Part shown: positions 1-8,421 of the stretch, one piece after another
Numbering within the stretch: the stretch's first letter is position 1
How the letters are laid out: every line of letters begins with the position of its first letter
Assembly: GCA_050951545.1 (NCBI GenBank)
Contig: JBMNJG010000012.1
Location: forward strand, 1-64,000
Origin: Limnochordia bacterium
Lineage (GTDB): Bacteria; Bacillota; Limnochordia; DTU080
Direction: 5' to 3'
Length of the DNA stretch: 64,000 nucleotides
Notes under the pieces: model-generated
What the model saw: the letters and a program-made list of their open reading frames with translations, nothing else
Databases searched by the model: none
Told to the model about the DNA's origin: nothing
Program-made: the position numbers and the translations under genes

Positions 1-18
1 ACCACAAAGCACCAGTTA

Positions 19-52
19 GAAGCCCTACCAAGTGGTAGGGCTTCAGCGTTTG
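19..52 (+). terminator. Intrinsic terminator-like hairpin of an upstream gene
   Basis: Inverted repeat GAAGCCCTACC/GGTAGGGCTTC (19-44) followed by a weak T-tract. Confidence 0.55.
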
Positions 53-84
53 TTGCTGCTATGATGGTCCTCCAAGAGATCATC

Positions 85-128
85 TTTCACATCTTTGTCA
101 TGGCTTTTTCATAATCGGTTGGTATCCT
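85..128 (+). promoter_or_regulatory. Three 11-bp-periodic direct repeats (OmpR/PhoB-type boxes) plus an extended -10
   Basis: TTTCACA (85-91), TGTCATG (96-102), TTTCATA (107-113), then TGgTATCCT (120-128); no canonical -35. Confidence 0.45.
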
Positions 129-155
129 GGAGGTACCGCAAAGACAGATAGGAGG

Positions 156-746
156 TTGAGGCTATTGAGGCGTCTGACCACGGTGGGTTTGATTCTCTTT
201 GCATTACTAGTCGTTTCTGCGGGGGCATTGGCTGCTCCCAGCAGCGAGCAGCTTCAGGAGCTTGATGCCATTCGGGGGAAGATGGTTGAGTTACGTAAAG
301 AGATGATTGGCCTCCAACTCGAGGCAGGTACCATCACTGACGACCAAGCGGATAGGATGATTGATCGCATCGATGCATGGCAGGAAAAGGCCCTGGCTCC
401 ACAACAGAAGCAGGTGCTGAACGATCTTCATAAGAAGCAGGTGGAGCTGCGCAAGAAGATGGTCGAGGCTGAGACAGAGGCAGGTCTGCTCACAAAAGAG
501 CAAGCCAAACGTTTGCTCGCGCGGATCGAAGCGGGAGCAGCCTACCGGGAGAGAATGGGGATCGCGGCTCGTCCACAACTAGGCGTCCGGGCCCGTCGAG
601 TCCTTGGCCAGCAAGGTCGGGTGGGTCTGGGTCTCATGAGAAACAGGATGGGTGTTTCCGATAGACGACAGCGAGCTAATCTGCAGTATGGACGTGGTTT
701 CCGAGGCCCTTTGTCTCCCAGGGGCATAATGAGCGGGCCCAGATAG
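156..746 (+). CDS. Secreted YckD/DUF2680-like helical protein with two tandem repeats and an Arg/Gly/Met-rich tail
   Basis: AGGAGG RBS and TTG start; signal peptide ending ALA-A; repeated 'ELRKxMxxxxxEAGxxTxxQAxRxxxRIxA' unit. Confidence 0.65.
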   Translation: MRLLRRLTTVGLILFALLVVSAGALAAPSSEQLQELDAIRGKMVELRKEMIGLQLEAGTITDDQADRMIDRIDAWQEKALAPQQKQVLNDLHKKQVELRKKMVEAETEAGLLTKEQAKRLLARIEAGAAYRERMGIAARPQLGVRARRVLGQQGRVGLGLMRNRMGVSDRRQRANLQYGRGFRGPLSPRGIMSGPR

Positions 747-773
747 AGACTTCGTGTTCCTGATAGTGGCCTA

Positions 774-810
774 AGGCTAGAGCCTCACGCAACGCGTGAG
801 GCTCTAGCCT
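774..810. terminator. Perfect 17-bp hairpin between convergent units
   Basis: AGGCTAGAGCCTCACGC-AAC-GCGTGAGGCTCTAGCCT. Confidence 0.7.
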
Positions 811-835
811 ACGTGCACAGATTCGCGGTGTCATA

Positions 836-1010
836 CTATTGTGCGTCGAGCGTCGCCTGGGTGTGACGAGCCATCTGCTCGCTAGCTTCCTTTCGTTGTA
901 CCCTGACCAGGGTTGCTGGATGAGTTCGAGCTTGATCCCAGGGTTGGCCCTCATGTAGCTGATTGACAGCTCCTGTAGAAGTCCGATAGACTGAGACCGA
1001 TGATGGACAG
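836..1010 (-). pseudogene. Relic of a sugar ABC solute-binding protein (N-terminal piece joined to C-terminal piece)
   Basis: Minus strand encodes LLQELSISYMRANPGIKLELIQQPWSGYNE (SBP family 1 N-terminal pattern), then in another frame EQMARHTQATLDAQ* (SBP-like C-terminal helix). Confidence 0.5.
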
Positions 1011-1027
1011 GTTCGGAGGTGCCGTTT

Positions 1028-1516
1028 ATGTCATTGCCTGAGGCCGCAGCGCGTGTCCAGACGTTGCTGTGTACTCTCGGATCCTCTGCAAAGGTACTGG
1101 AATTCCCTACGGGGACGCGCACTGTCTCTGAGGCAGCGGCCTCTATCGGGGTAGACGAGGGGCAGATCGCTAAGAGCCTGCTCTTCATGGCTGGCGGCGA
1201 CCCAGTGCTCGTGGTGGCATCAGGGCGCTACCGGGTCAACACCAAGTGTCTAGAGAAGCTTACTGGGAGTTCTGTTCGTCAGGCAAGTGCTGGCGAAGTA
1301 CGCTCTGTGACAGGTTTCGTCATTGGTGGGGTGGCTCCGTTAGGTCACGTGCACCCGTTGCGCGTCGTGCTAGACGAGCATCTGTGGGATTATCCGGTGG
1401 TGTATGCGGCTGCAGGTACGCCCCATACTGCTTTTGCCATCAGTGCGGATGAGCTGCTGCGGATTTCTGGTGGTGAGCGTGCCGACGTTGCGGAGGTTGC
1501 GAACCGCGGCACCTAG
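1028..1516 (+). CDS. YbaK/EbsC family aminoacyl-tRNA deacylase
   Basis: IAKSLLF and GFVIGGVAPLGH motifs; GGAGG RBS before ATG 1028. Confidence 0.9.
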   Translation: MSLPEAAARVQTLLCTLGSSAKVLEFPTGTRTVSEAAASIGVDEGQIAKSLLFMAGGDPVLVVASGRYRVNTKCLEKLTGSSVRQASAGEVRSVTGFVIGGVAPLGHVHPLRVVLDEHLWDYPVVYAAAGTPHTAFAISADELLRISGGERADVAEVANRGT

Positions 1517-1549
1517 GGTAGGGCAGTCTGTTTGGACAGCTGGGTCAGG

Positions 1550-1578
1550 GAGGGGCGAGTGATACTCGCCTCTGTTTT
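1550..1578 (+). terminator. Intrinsic terminator-like hairpin
   Basis: AGGGGCGAGT-GAT-ACTCGCCTCT followed by GTTTT. Confidence 0.55.
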
Positions 1579-1626
1579 GTGGACATATCCAGGGAAATCA
1601 CCCTGGTCAAGGAGAGGTATTACAGC

Positions 1627-2943
1627 GTGCAGCGAGAGATGATCAAGGTGGGCATGGTCTCTTTGGGTTGCGCAAAGAACCTGGTAGACTCGGAGGTCAT
1701 GCTGGGCCTTATGCGCGACCAGGGTTACACTCTGACAACCGATCCAGCAGAGGCGGATGTCATTGTGATCAACACCTGCACGTTCATTGAAGCGGCTACT
1801 AGCGAAGCGATCGAATCCATTCTTGAGATGGCTCGATACAAGAAATGCGGTCGTTGCCGTTCCCTAGTGGTGGCAGGGTGCATGGGGACTCGGTATGCAG
1901 GTCAGTTGCTCGATGAGTTCCCAGAGGTGGATGCGGTCATTGGTAGTGGCGAAGTTCCAAAGATCGTTGCCGTGATGGAGAGAGCTCTGTCGGGTGAGCG
2001 CTTTGCTGCCGTGGGCACGCCTACTTTCATCTATGATGATACTTGGCCACGTGTGTTGGCCACCCCAACGCACACCGCATTCGTCAAGATCGCTGAGGGG
2101 TGCAACCATCGGTGTAGCTACTGCGTCATCCCGCAAGTGAGGGGCGCCTATCGCAGTAGATCGCTCTCATCGACAGTAGCTGAGACGAAGCAACTCGTCG
2201 CGGGCGGGGCCAAAGAGATCATCCTCATCGCACAGGATACTACGCTTTACGGTCGCGATCGCTATGGCCGAGTGCGCTTGGCCGAATTGCTAGAGCGTCT
2301 TGCGGATATCGAGCAGCTGCACTGGTTGAGGCTCTTATACAGCTACCCCGATCATCTGACGGATGATGTATTGCGAGCCATGGCAAACAGGTCTAACATA
2401 TGCAAGTACGTCGACCTTCCCCTCCAGCATGTGAGCCCCTCCGTGTTACGGGGCATGCGTCGCAGGGGGGACTATGCTACTCTCAGTCGTCTCGTTGATC
2501 GCGTGCGCGAGTTGGTTCCCGGGGTCGTTGTGCGTACCTCCATGATTGTTGGTTTTCCCGGCGAAACACAACATGACTTTGATGAGCTATGTCGATTTCT
2601 GAACGAAAAGAGGTTGGAACACGTCGGCGTCTTTTCTTACTCGCGCGAAGAGGGAAGCCCAGCTGCAGCTTTGCCTGGTCAGATACCGGAGGAGGTCAAA
2701 GAAGAACGTCGCCGGCTAGCCATGGAGCTGCAGCGGGTAATATCTCGCGAGAAGAACGCGGAACTAGTAGGAGAGGCTGTTGACGTCCTTGTTGATCGCC
2801 CAGGGGTCGGCAGGACGGCTTGCCAAGCCCCTGAGGTCGATGGTGTTTCCCGCATCCGGGGGAGGTCGCCTCATCCTGGTGAGATGGTACGGACTCGGGT
2901 GGTCGCTGCCAGTGACTACGACCTCGCGGTGGAGGTAGTGTAA
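1627..2943 (+). CDS. rimO: Ribosomal protein S12 methylthiotransferase
   Basis: SLGCAKNLVDSE, INTCTFI, radical SAM EGCNHRCSYC, APEVDG TRAM region; upstream of pgsA; start chosen at GTG 1627 after GGAG. Confidence 0.92.
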   Translation: MQREMIKVGMVSLGCAKNLVDSEVMLGLMRDQGYTLTTDPAEADVIVINTCTFIEAATSEAIESILEMARYKKCGRCRSLVVAGCMGTRYAGQLLDEFPEVDAVIGSGEVPKIVAVMERALSGERFAAVGTPTFIYDDTWPRVLATPTHTAFVKIAEGCNHRCSYCVIPQVRGAYRSRSLSSTVAETKQLVAGGAKEIILIAQDTTLYGRDRYGRVRLAELLERLADIEQLHWLRLLYSYPDHLTDDVLRAMANRSNICKYVDLPLQHVSPSVLRGMRRRGDYATLSRLVDRVRELVPGVVVRTSMIVGFPGETQHDFDELCRFLNEKRLEHVGVFSYSREEGSPAAALPGQIPEEVKEERRRLAMELQRVISREKNAELVGEAVDVLVDRPGVGRTACQAPEVDGVSRIRGRSPHPGEMVRTRVVAASDYDLAVEVV

Positions 2944-2979
2944 AGTCGCCATGATATGCAGACGAGGGGAAGTAGCAAA

Positions 2980-3489
2980 GTGACGTTAGCGTCAGCGCTT
3001 ACGCTAACCCGCATATTTCTTGTGCCGGTCTTCTTGACCTTGCTGCTAGAGAACGTGCCCTACGGTGCGTACTGGGCTACTGTTGTCTTTATTATCGCTG
3101 CCATTACCGATGGGCTGGATGGGTATGCTGCACGCGCCAGGCAGGAGGTCTCGAAGTTCGGTCAGCTCATGGATCCGGTGGCCGATAAGCTTCTGGTTTC
3201 CTCCGCGATCATTGCCTTGGTTGAGCTGGGGCAGGTCTCTGCCTGGGTGGCAGTGCTAATATTGGGGCGGGAGTTTGCGGTGTCTGGCCTGAGGTTGCTT
3301 GTAGCAGTGGAAGGCGTGATCATCCCGGCCAGTCGCTGGGGCAAACTGAAGACGGTAAGCCAAGTTGTCGCTATTACGGCGATGCTCATACAGTTGCCGG
3401 GGGCCGACTATCTGCTTTGGGTGGCAGTTCTGCTTACTGTTGGATCCGGCATCGACTACTTCCTTAAGGCACAGCCGTATCTTCACTAA
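2980..3489 (+). CDS. pgsA: CDP-diacylglycerol--glycerol-3-phosphate 3-phosphatidyltransferase
   Basis: TDGLDGYAAR...FGQLMDPVADK CDP-alcohol phosphotransferase motif; GKLKT. Confidence 0.93.
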   Translation: MTLASALTLTRIFLVPVFLTLLLENVPYGAYWATVVFIIAAITDGLDGYAARARQEVSKFGQLMDPVADKLLVSSAIIALVELGQVSAWVAVLILGREFAVSGLRLLVAVEGVIIPASRWGKLKTVSQVVAITAMLIQLPGADYLLWVAVLLTVGSGIDYFLKAQPYLH

Positions 3490-3563
3490 TCCATAGGATC
3501 GTGTGAAGTAGCATGAGCTATTTCGCGCCATCCTTTTTTTCATACCAGAGGGGGCAAATCCGA

Positions 3564-4616
3564 TTGAACATTGGGATTGTAGGGGTGCCACAGGTCGGCA
3601 AGACGACCCTTTTTCGATTGCTCACAAACCTGGATGCCGACGCCGCGAAAAGACGAGCAAACATCGGCGTGGCCATGGTCCCAGACGCGAGGATTGACTT
3701 CCTGTCGTCCATATTCGCGCCGCGCAAGACTACGTACGCGCATATCAACGTAACCGACACTCCGGGACTGCAAACAGGGCATAGTGCTGAACTGCTGGCT
3801 GCACTGAAGGGGACCGATGCGCTCGTAGTGGTAGTGCGAGCATTCGAAGCGGCTACAGTGCCTACGGCACACGCCGATGGTTGCGACCCACTTGCTGATG
3901 TACAGGCTGTAGACGCGGAACTGGTCGTCAATGATTGGGCTCTACTTGACACACGCCTGGAAAGGCTGAAAAAGGGTTCGCGGAACCCGCAATCGGCATC
4001 GGTAGTCGCTGCGTTGGAGCGAGTGGCTGAAACCTTAGCGGACGGTAAGCCGTTGCGTGAGCAAGCACTGACTGAGGAAGACTGTGAAGCGCTTCAGGGC
4101 ATGGCTTTCTACAGCGACAAGCCACTTATTGTGGTGGTCAATACCGACGAACGCCAGATGCGTTCTGGTGATTACCCAGGCAAGGCTAGGCTTACCCAGT
4201 GGTGTAATGAGCATGATGCACCTCTTCTGGAGGTCTGTGCCCAATTGGAGATGGAGATCAGCGAGCTGAATCAAGCGGATAGGGCCCTTTTCTTGCAGGA
4301 CCTCGGAATTGCAGAGACTGGTCTCACGCGCTTGGCGAGAGTAGCCTATGAGAAACTCGGGCTTTTTTCGTTTTTCACCGTGGGTGAGGATGAGGTAAAG
4401 GCTTGGACTATTCGTAAGAACAGCACGGCACAGCAGGCAGCCGGCAAGATCCACTCGGATATCGCTCGTGGGTTCATCAGAGCCGACGTAGTCTCCTACG
4501 CTGCCTTCAAAGAGCATCAGGGTAAGCATCTCAGAGAGAATGGCTTGCGCCGTTTGGAAGGGCGAGAATACGTGGTCGAAGATGGTGACATCATCGACTT
4601 CCGTTTCAATGTATAG
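3564..4616 (+). CDS. ychF: YchF-family Obg-like ATPase (divergent paralog-like)
   Basis: GVPQVGKTT P-loop, DTPG, NTDE, FFTVGEDEVKAWT, AGKIHSD, EGREYVVEDGD; start at TTG 3564 after GAGGGGG. Confidence 0.85.
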   Translation: MNIGIVGVPQVGKTTLFRLLTNLDADAAKRRANIGVAMVPDARIDFLSSIFAPRKTTYAHINVTDTPGLQTGHSAELLAALKGTDALVVVVRAFEAATVPTAHADGCDPLADVQAVDAELVVNDWALLDTRLERLKKGSRNPQSASVVAALERVAETLADGKPLREQALTEEDCEALQGMAFYSDKPLIVVVNTDERQMRSGDYPGKARLTQWCNEHDAPLLEVCAQLEMEISELNQADRALFLQDLGIAETGLTRLARVAYEKLGLFSFFTVGEDEVKAWTIRKNSTAQQAAGKIHSDIARGFIRADVVSYAAFKEHQGKHLRENGLRRLEGREYVVEDGDIIDFRFNV

Positions 4617-4627
4617 TCAAGATCACC

Positions 4628-4658
4628 CCAGCTGGCGCTCATGTTGAGCGCCAGCTGG
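4628..4658. terminator. Hairpin between convergent genes
   Basis: CCAGCTGGCGCTCA-TGT-TGAGCGCCAGCTGG perfect 14-bp stem. Confidence 0.7.
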
Positions 4659-4663
4659 CTACG

Positions 4664-5326
4664 CTAACGCAGGGCCATTGTTTGCTCCCCGGAGGCCGCC
4701 ACTTCGGTATCTGCATTCTCTTTCTCGCCGCCGTCCAGGCTCTTCAGATGCGAGAGGAAGTTGTCCTTATTCCCGAAAGCGTAGACAATTTGTCCGTATT
4801 TCAGGCCCGCCTCTCGAGCGACAGCCGCCAGAGAGAGTGGCAGGCCTCCTTCTGCCATGCGTTTGGCCGCTGTCATGGCCATTCGTATGGCGTCCTCTTT
4901 GGCTAGACGGCGATGAGGGATGCTCTCTGATGCACGATGCCCAGCACCAGCCTGGTCCAATTCTGTCAACTGGCGAAAGGCATCCAGCGTATACTTATCA
5001 ATCCGTCTCATTCCGGAATCGAGGTTTCCCACGGCAGCTTCGAGTCGGTCCAGTTGCTCTCGTATTCCTGTAAGCAGGTCTGTGATCTCTGGCGTAGTTG
5101 CTACACTCAAGGCTTGCCTCTCTTGAGGAGGCTGATAGCCAGCGCTGGTGCGACCAAGACTGCCCACCCAATCCAAGCAGTTCTGGAACGCTGCGAAAGC
5201 ACGCAGCCCTACATCGATGTACACCTCCTCGATGGAATCGTAACTACGATGAGCGGGGGCGCTCAGGGAATCTTCGGCGGCCCTCTGCTTCTCTAGGTGT
5301 GCGTAATAGCGCTGTTTGCCATTCAC
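4664..5326 (-). CDS. Hypothetical protein with a central coiled coil and a C-terminal TetR-like HTH
   Basis: AAAGGAG RBS before GTG 5326; C-terminal LSLAAVAREAGLKYGQIVYAFGNKDNFL. Confidence 0.65.
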   Translation of the reverse strand: MNGKQRYYAHLEKQRAAEDSLSAPAHRSYDSIEEVYIDVGLRAFAAFQNCLDWVGSLGRTSAGYQPPQERQALSVATTPEITDLLTGIREQLDRLEAAVGNLDSGMRRIDKYTLDAFRQLTELDQAGAGHRASESIPHRRLAKEDAIRMAMTAAKRMAEGGLPLSLAAVAREAGLKYGQIVYAFGNKDNFLSHLKSLDGGEKENADTEVAASGEQTMALR

Positions 5327-5585
5327 AATCGGTGCTCCTTTCCACATACACACTCCGGGTTGGCTTCTACCCTCCATGTAACTATATGTTCGAGAAGCAG
5401 GCTCTTTATGCATAACTTCATCAAGTGGACAACGCTTCGAGATCTGTCCCAGATGGTTCGATGCGGTCTTTGCACGAAGTGTGCAGATGCGTTGAATTTC
5501 GCCCTGAGATGGCCTATTGTAGATAGGAGGGTAGTGGGCAGGAGCACGGGGTTGGTGTCTGACTGGCGAGAAGGGGTGGGTGGTG

Positions 5586-6167
5586 ATGCAGAGAAAACTC
5601 TATAGATCGCGCAGCGACCACATCATCGCTGGTGTCGCTGGCGGTTTGGGCGAGTTTTTCAGCGTTGATGCCACGTTGGTACGGTTGGTTATGCTGCTTG
5701 TAGTGTTCGCTGGTGGAGCAGGGGCTCTTCTTTACATCATGGCATGGGTGATCATTCCAGTTGAGCCCGGGGATGATGAAGACAAGGACTCATCCATATT
5801 CTCTAAGAGCGAAGCCCTCCGTCGGAAAATGGTGCGCAGTGCTAAGCAGGTAGAGGCCAGATTACAGGGCCGAAAGGAGGAGGCCATGGAGCTAGCCGAT
5901 GACGACCTCGATAAGCATCAGGAGCTCGCCGAACCTGATGAGCTGCACGAGCCGGACATTGAAGAGGAGGTCGTAGGCGGTCCCCCTGATACTTCGGCCG
6001 AAGAGGAAGAGGCGCGACGCCAGCGCATAGGCGGGCTTGTGCTTGTGGGGGTTGGTGTGCTTTTCGTCTTGCGTAACCTCTTCCCGTGGATTAACTTCTC
6101 AGACATGTGGCCAGCGTTTATCATCGGTTTGGGCCTTCTGCTCATACTGAGAGGACTGTCGGAATAG
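5586..6167 (+). CDS. PspC domain protein with a C-terminal LiaI/LiaF-like TM region
   Basis: KLYRSRSDHIIAGVAGGLGEFF...LVRL...YIMAWVIIP PspC signature; acidic linker; WPAFIIGLG. Confidence 0.85.
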   Translation: MQRKLYRSRSDHIIAGVAGGLGEFFSVDATLVRLVMLLVVFAGGAGALLYIMAWVIIPVEPGDDEDKDSSIFSKSEALRRKMVRSAKQVEARLQGRKEEAMELADDDLDKHQELAEPDELHEPDIEEEVVGGPPDTSAEEEEARRQRIGGLVLVGVGVLFVLRNLFPWINFSDMWPAFIIGLGLLLILRGLSE

Positions 6168-6181
6168 AGGGGGCCGAAGCG

Positions 6182-7072
6182 GTGCACGCAGGGCGGATTA
6201 ACCTGGGCGCTGCTCTTGTAGTTGTGGGGCTGCTGCTCTTAATGATGAACTGGGGATTTCTGGACTGGGCGTTGTGGTGGAACCTATGGCAGTGGTGGCC
6301 AGCATTTCTTGTAGCATTTGGGCTTCATCTGGTGTTACACCGCACACGCTACTGGTTTTTGCCAACCCTTTTTGCCCTGCTGGTGGTGGTTTTCGCAGTC
6401 AGCATTGGGGGGGTCAATAGGGCAGACTGGCAACCGCGCACATTGAGTGCGCGCATACCGCTCGACAGTGGGATAAAAGACGCCCGTCTACGACTTGATA
6501 TGGGGACAGGCTTGATCCGACTGGCTCCTGGTGGTGCTGGGCTGTACGAAGCCGACTTCAAGGTCTATGGCGATGAACCGAGTCAAGTTCAGATGCCTCA
6601 GGACCAGTCTACGATGGTGGAGTTGCGGCAGGAAGACAGGCGGGCCCCCAAGTGGGTGCGTGGCCTGTCGGAACGTTGGGACATGCGGTTGACACGGGCC
6701 ATTCCCATTGACGTGGAAGTGTCGGCTGCCGTGGTGAGTCTTGAAGTCAACTGCACGGATCTTCAGTTACGTACTTTGGATCTGTCTGCGGGCGTGGCAT
6801 GGCTAGAGATGCGACTCGGTGAGACCCGGCGACGTACAGATGTGTTCATCAACGCTACGTTTGCTGACGTAACGTTGGTGGTCCCTAACACAGTGGGTGT
6901 ACGGGTTAAGACTGACAGCCTCTTCTCTTCTCACAATTTGCGCGAGGCAGGCTTCATACCCTCGCAAGACGGTTATCGGACGGCCAACTACGAAACCGCT
7001 ACATCCTCTGCCGATATTTTCATTGCGGCTATGGGGAATCGGGTGCAGGTTCGGTTTCAGGAGACCCTCTAG
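6182..7072 (+). CDS. LiaF/LiaG-like membrane protein (DUF5668-type TM region plus beta-rich 'toast rack'-like domain)
   Basis: GLLLLMMNWG..LWQWWPAFLVAFGL N-terminus; repetitive beta strands; GAGGGGG RBS before GTG 6182. Confidence 0.7.
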   Translation: MHAGRINLGAALVVVGLLLLMMNWGFLDWALWWNLWQWWPAFLVAFGLHLVLHRTRYWFLPTLFALLVVVFAVSIGGVNRADWQPRTLSARIPLDSGIKDARLRLDMGTGLIRLAPGGAGLYEADFKVYGDEPSQVQMPQDQSTMVELRQEDRRAPKWVRGLSERWDMRLTRAIPIDVEVSAAVVSLEVNCTDLQLRTLDLSAGVAWLEMRLGETRRRTDVFINATFADVTLVVPNTVGVRVKTDSLFSSHNLREAGFIPSQDGYRTANYETATSSADIFIAAMGNRVQVRFQETL

Positions 7073-7141
7073 CAAGCAAAAGGCGACCGAAGGGGATGCA
7101 TCCATGTCGCCCGGGGTCGCACTTCTGCTGAGAGGTGATTC

Positions 7142-7672
7142 TCATCCTAGCTGTTTTGCGAGAAAATCGGCTGCTGTCTGACACAGTGTCTGTTCAAGCT
7201 CACCAAGCGACTTGTCGCGGGAGACCAGAATCACGGCTCCCACCACATCACCCTCATGGATAATGGGTACCATCATCTGGCTGGTGTCCTCAAAACCCGG
7301 GATGGACAGCTTGCTGCTGCTTTCCGTCGATGCGCTCCAAGGTTGGCGTTGTTCAAGAATATCCGTGATTTCATCGTCAACAGGTTTTCCCAGGAAAGGT
7401 TTCTTGCTTGTACCAGCTGCTGCTATGTATGTGTCACGGTCAAGAATCAGCGTGACGTGTCCCGTAGCTTCAAAGAGAGACTCTGCGTACTCCTGGGCAA
7501 AGTCCTCTAGGTTGGCAATCGGTGAGTATTTCTTAAGGATTACCTCTCCGTCGCGGTCTGTGAATATCTCCAGGGCGTCGCGTTCTCGAATGCGCATGGT
7601 GCGCCGGATCTCTTTCGGTATCACTATTCTGCCTAAGTCATCGATGCGCCGGACGATTCCGGTTGCTTTCAT
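7142..7672 (-). CDS. spoVT: Stage V sporulation protein T (AbrB-like domain plus GAF)
   Basis: MKATGIVRRIDDLGRIVIPKEIRRTMRIRE...ILKKYSPI...AADFLAKQ; GGAGG RBS. Confidence 0.95.
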   Translation of the reverse strand: MKATGIVRRIDDLGRIVIPKEIRRTMRIRERDALEIFTDRDGEVILKKYSPIANLEDFAQEYAESLFEATGHVTLILDRDTYIAAAGTSKKPFLGKPVDDEITDILEQRQPWSASTESSSKLSIPGFEDTSQMMVPIIHEGDVVGAVILVSRDKSLGELEQTLCQTAADFLAKQLG

Positions 7673-7890
7673 GGATGGATACCTCCCATGCCTAAGATTC
7701 ACATCGGCTAACTCGCTTATGCCACTGCTGGCAGGAAGATTGTTCTTGGCCTACTGCCATCCGTCATTTTGAGACGCTTGCCTGTTATTGCTAGACCCCA
7801 TATAATGCGCCCCTGAGCTGGGAATATGCTATAATGGAGCCCAGGCACACTGAACGGCCTGATAGCGTGAGCCGAAGGGGGCGACAGTAT

Positions 7891-8421
7891 TTGAAAGCGG
7901 CCAATTTGCGTATCATTTCCGTGACATTTCTTGTCACTCTCTTACTGACGCTCGGGGCACAGCGAGTCTTGTACCGGCATCGGGTGGCAGATCCACTTCT
8001 ACGCCGTGTAGAAACCATCTCTGGCGTCGCTAGTGCACAGATCACTGATATGGGAAATCGGCGTGGCATTGCTATTGAACTGGAGCCCGGATCCGATTTT
8101 AGAAGCGCCTATCGCGCTGCCAGGGACATGGCGGCTAACAGTCTAGGTAACGCGTTCTCGGGCATCACAGTCCTCGACAATCGTGACCAGACATTGATAG
8201 ACAGTTTCTATCGGATGCATTTTCACGTGCAGCAAGGTATTGCCACGGGTCAGTTCACGGCTATGGCCGATGGCGTTTCTGCCATAGCTCGTGAAGACAA
8301 CCTCACTCAACAGCAGGTGTTCGTAGGCGAGGATAGCATTTACATCCATCTCAGTCATGGGAACCATCATCTGTACGAAGTTATCTGCCGTCCATCCCAG
8401 TCAAGGGCGGTGTTGGGATGA
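7891..8421 (+). CDS. Hypothetical single-TM protein translationally coupled to the FtsH-like gene
   Basis: N-terminal hydrophobic helix; ATGA stop/start overlap with the next gene; start uncertain (TTG 7891). Confidence 0.65.
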   Translation: MKAANLRIISVTFLVTLLLTLGAQRVLYRHRVADPLLRRVETISGVASAQITDMGNRRGIAIELEPGSDFRSAYRAARDMAANSLGNAFSGITVLDNRDQTLIDSFYRMHFHVQQGIATGQFTAMADGVSAIAREDNLTQQQVFVGEDSIYIHLSHGNHHLYEVICRPSQSRAVLG

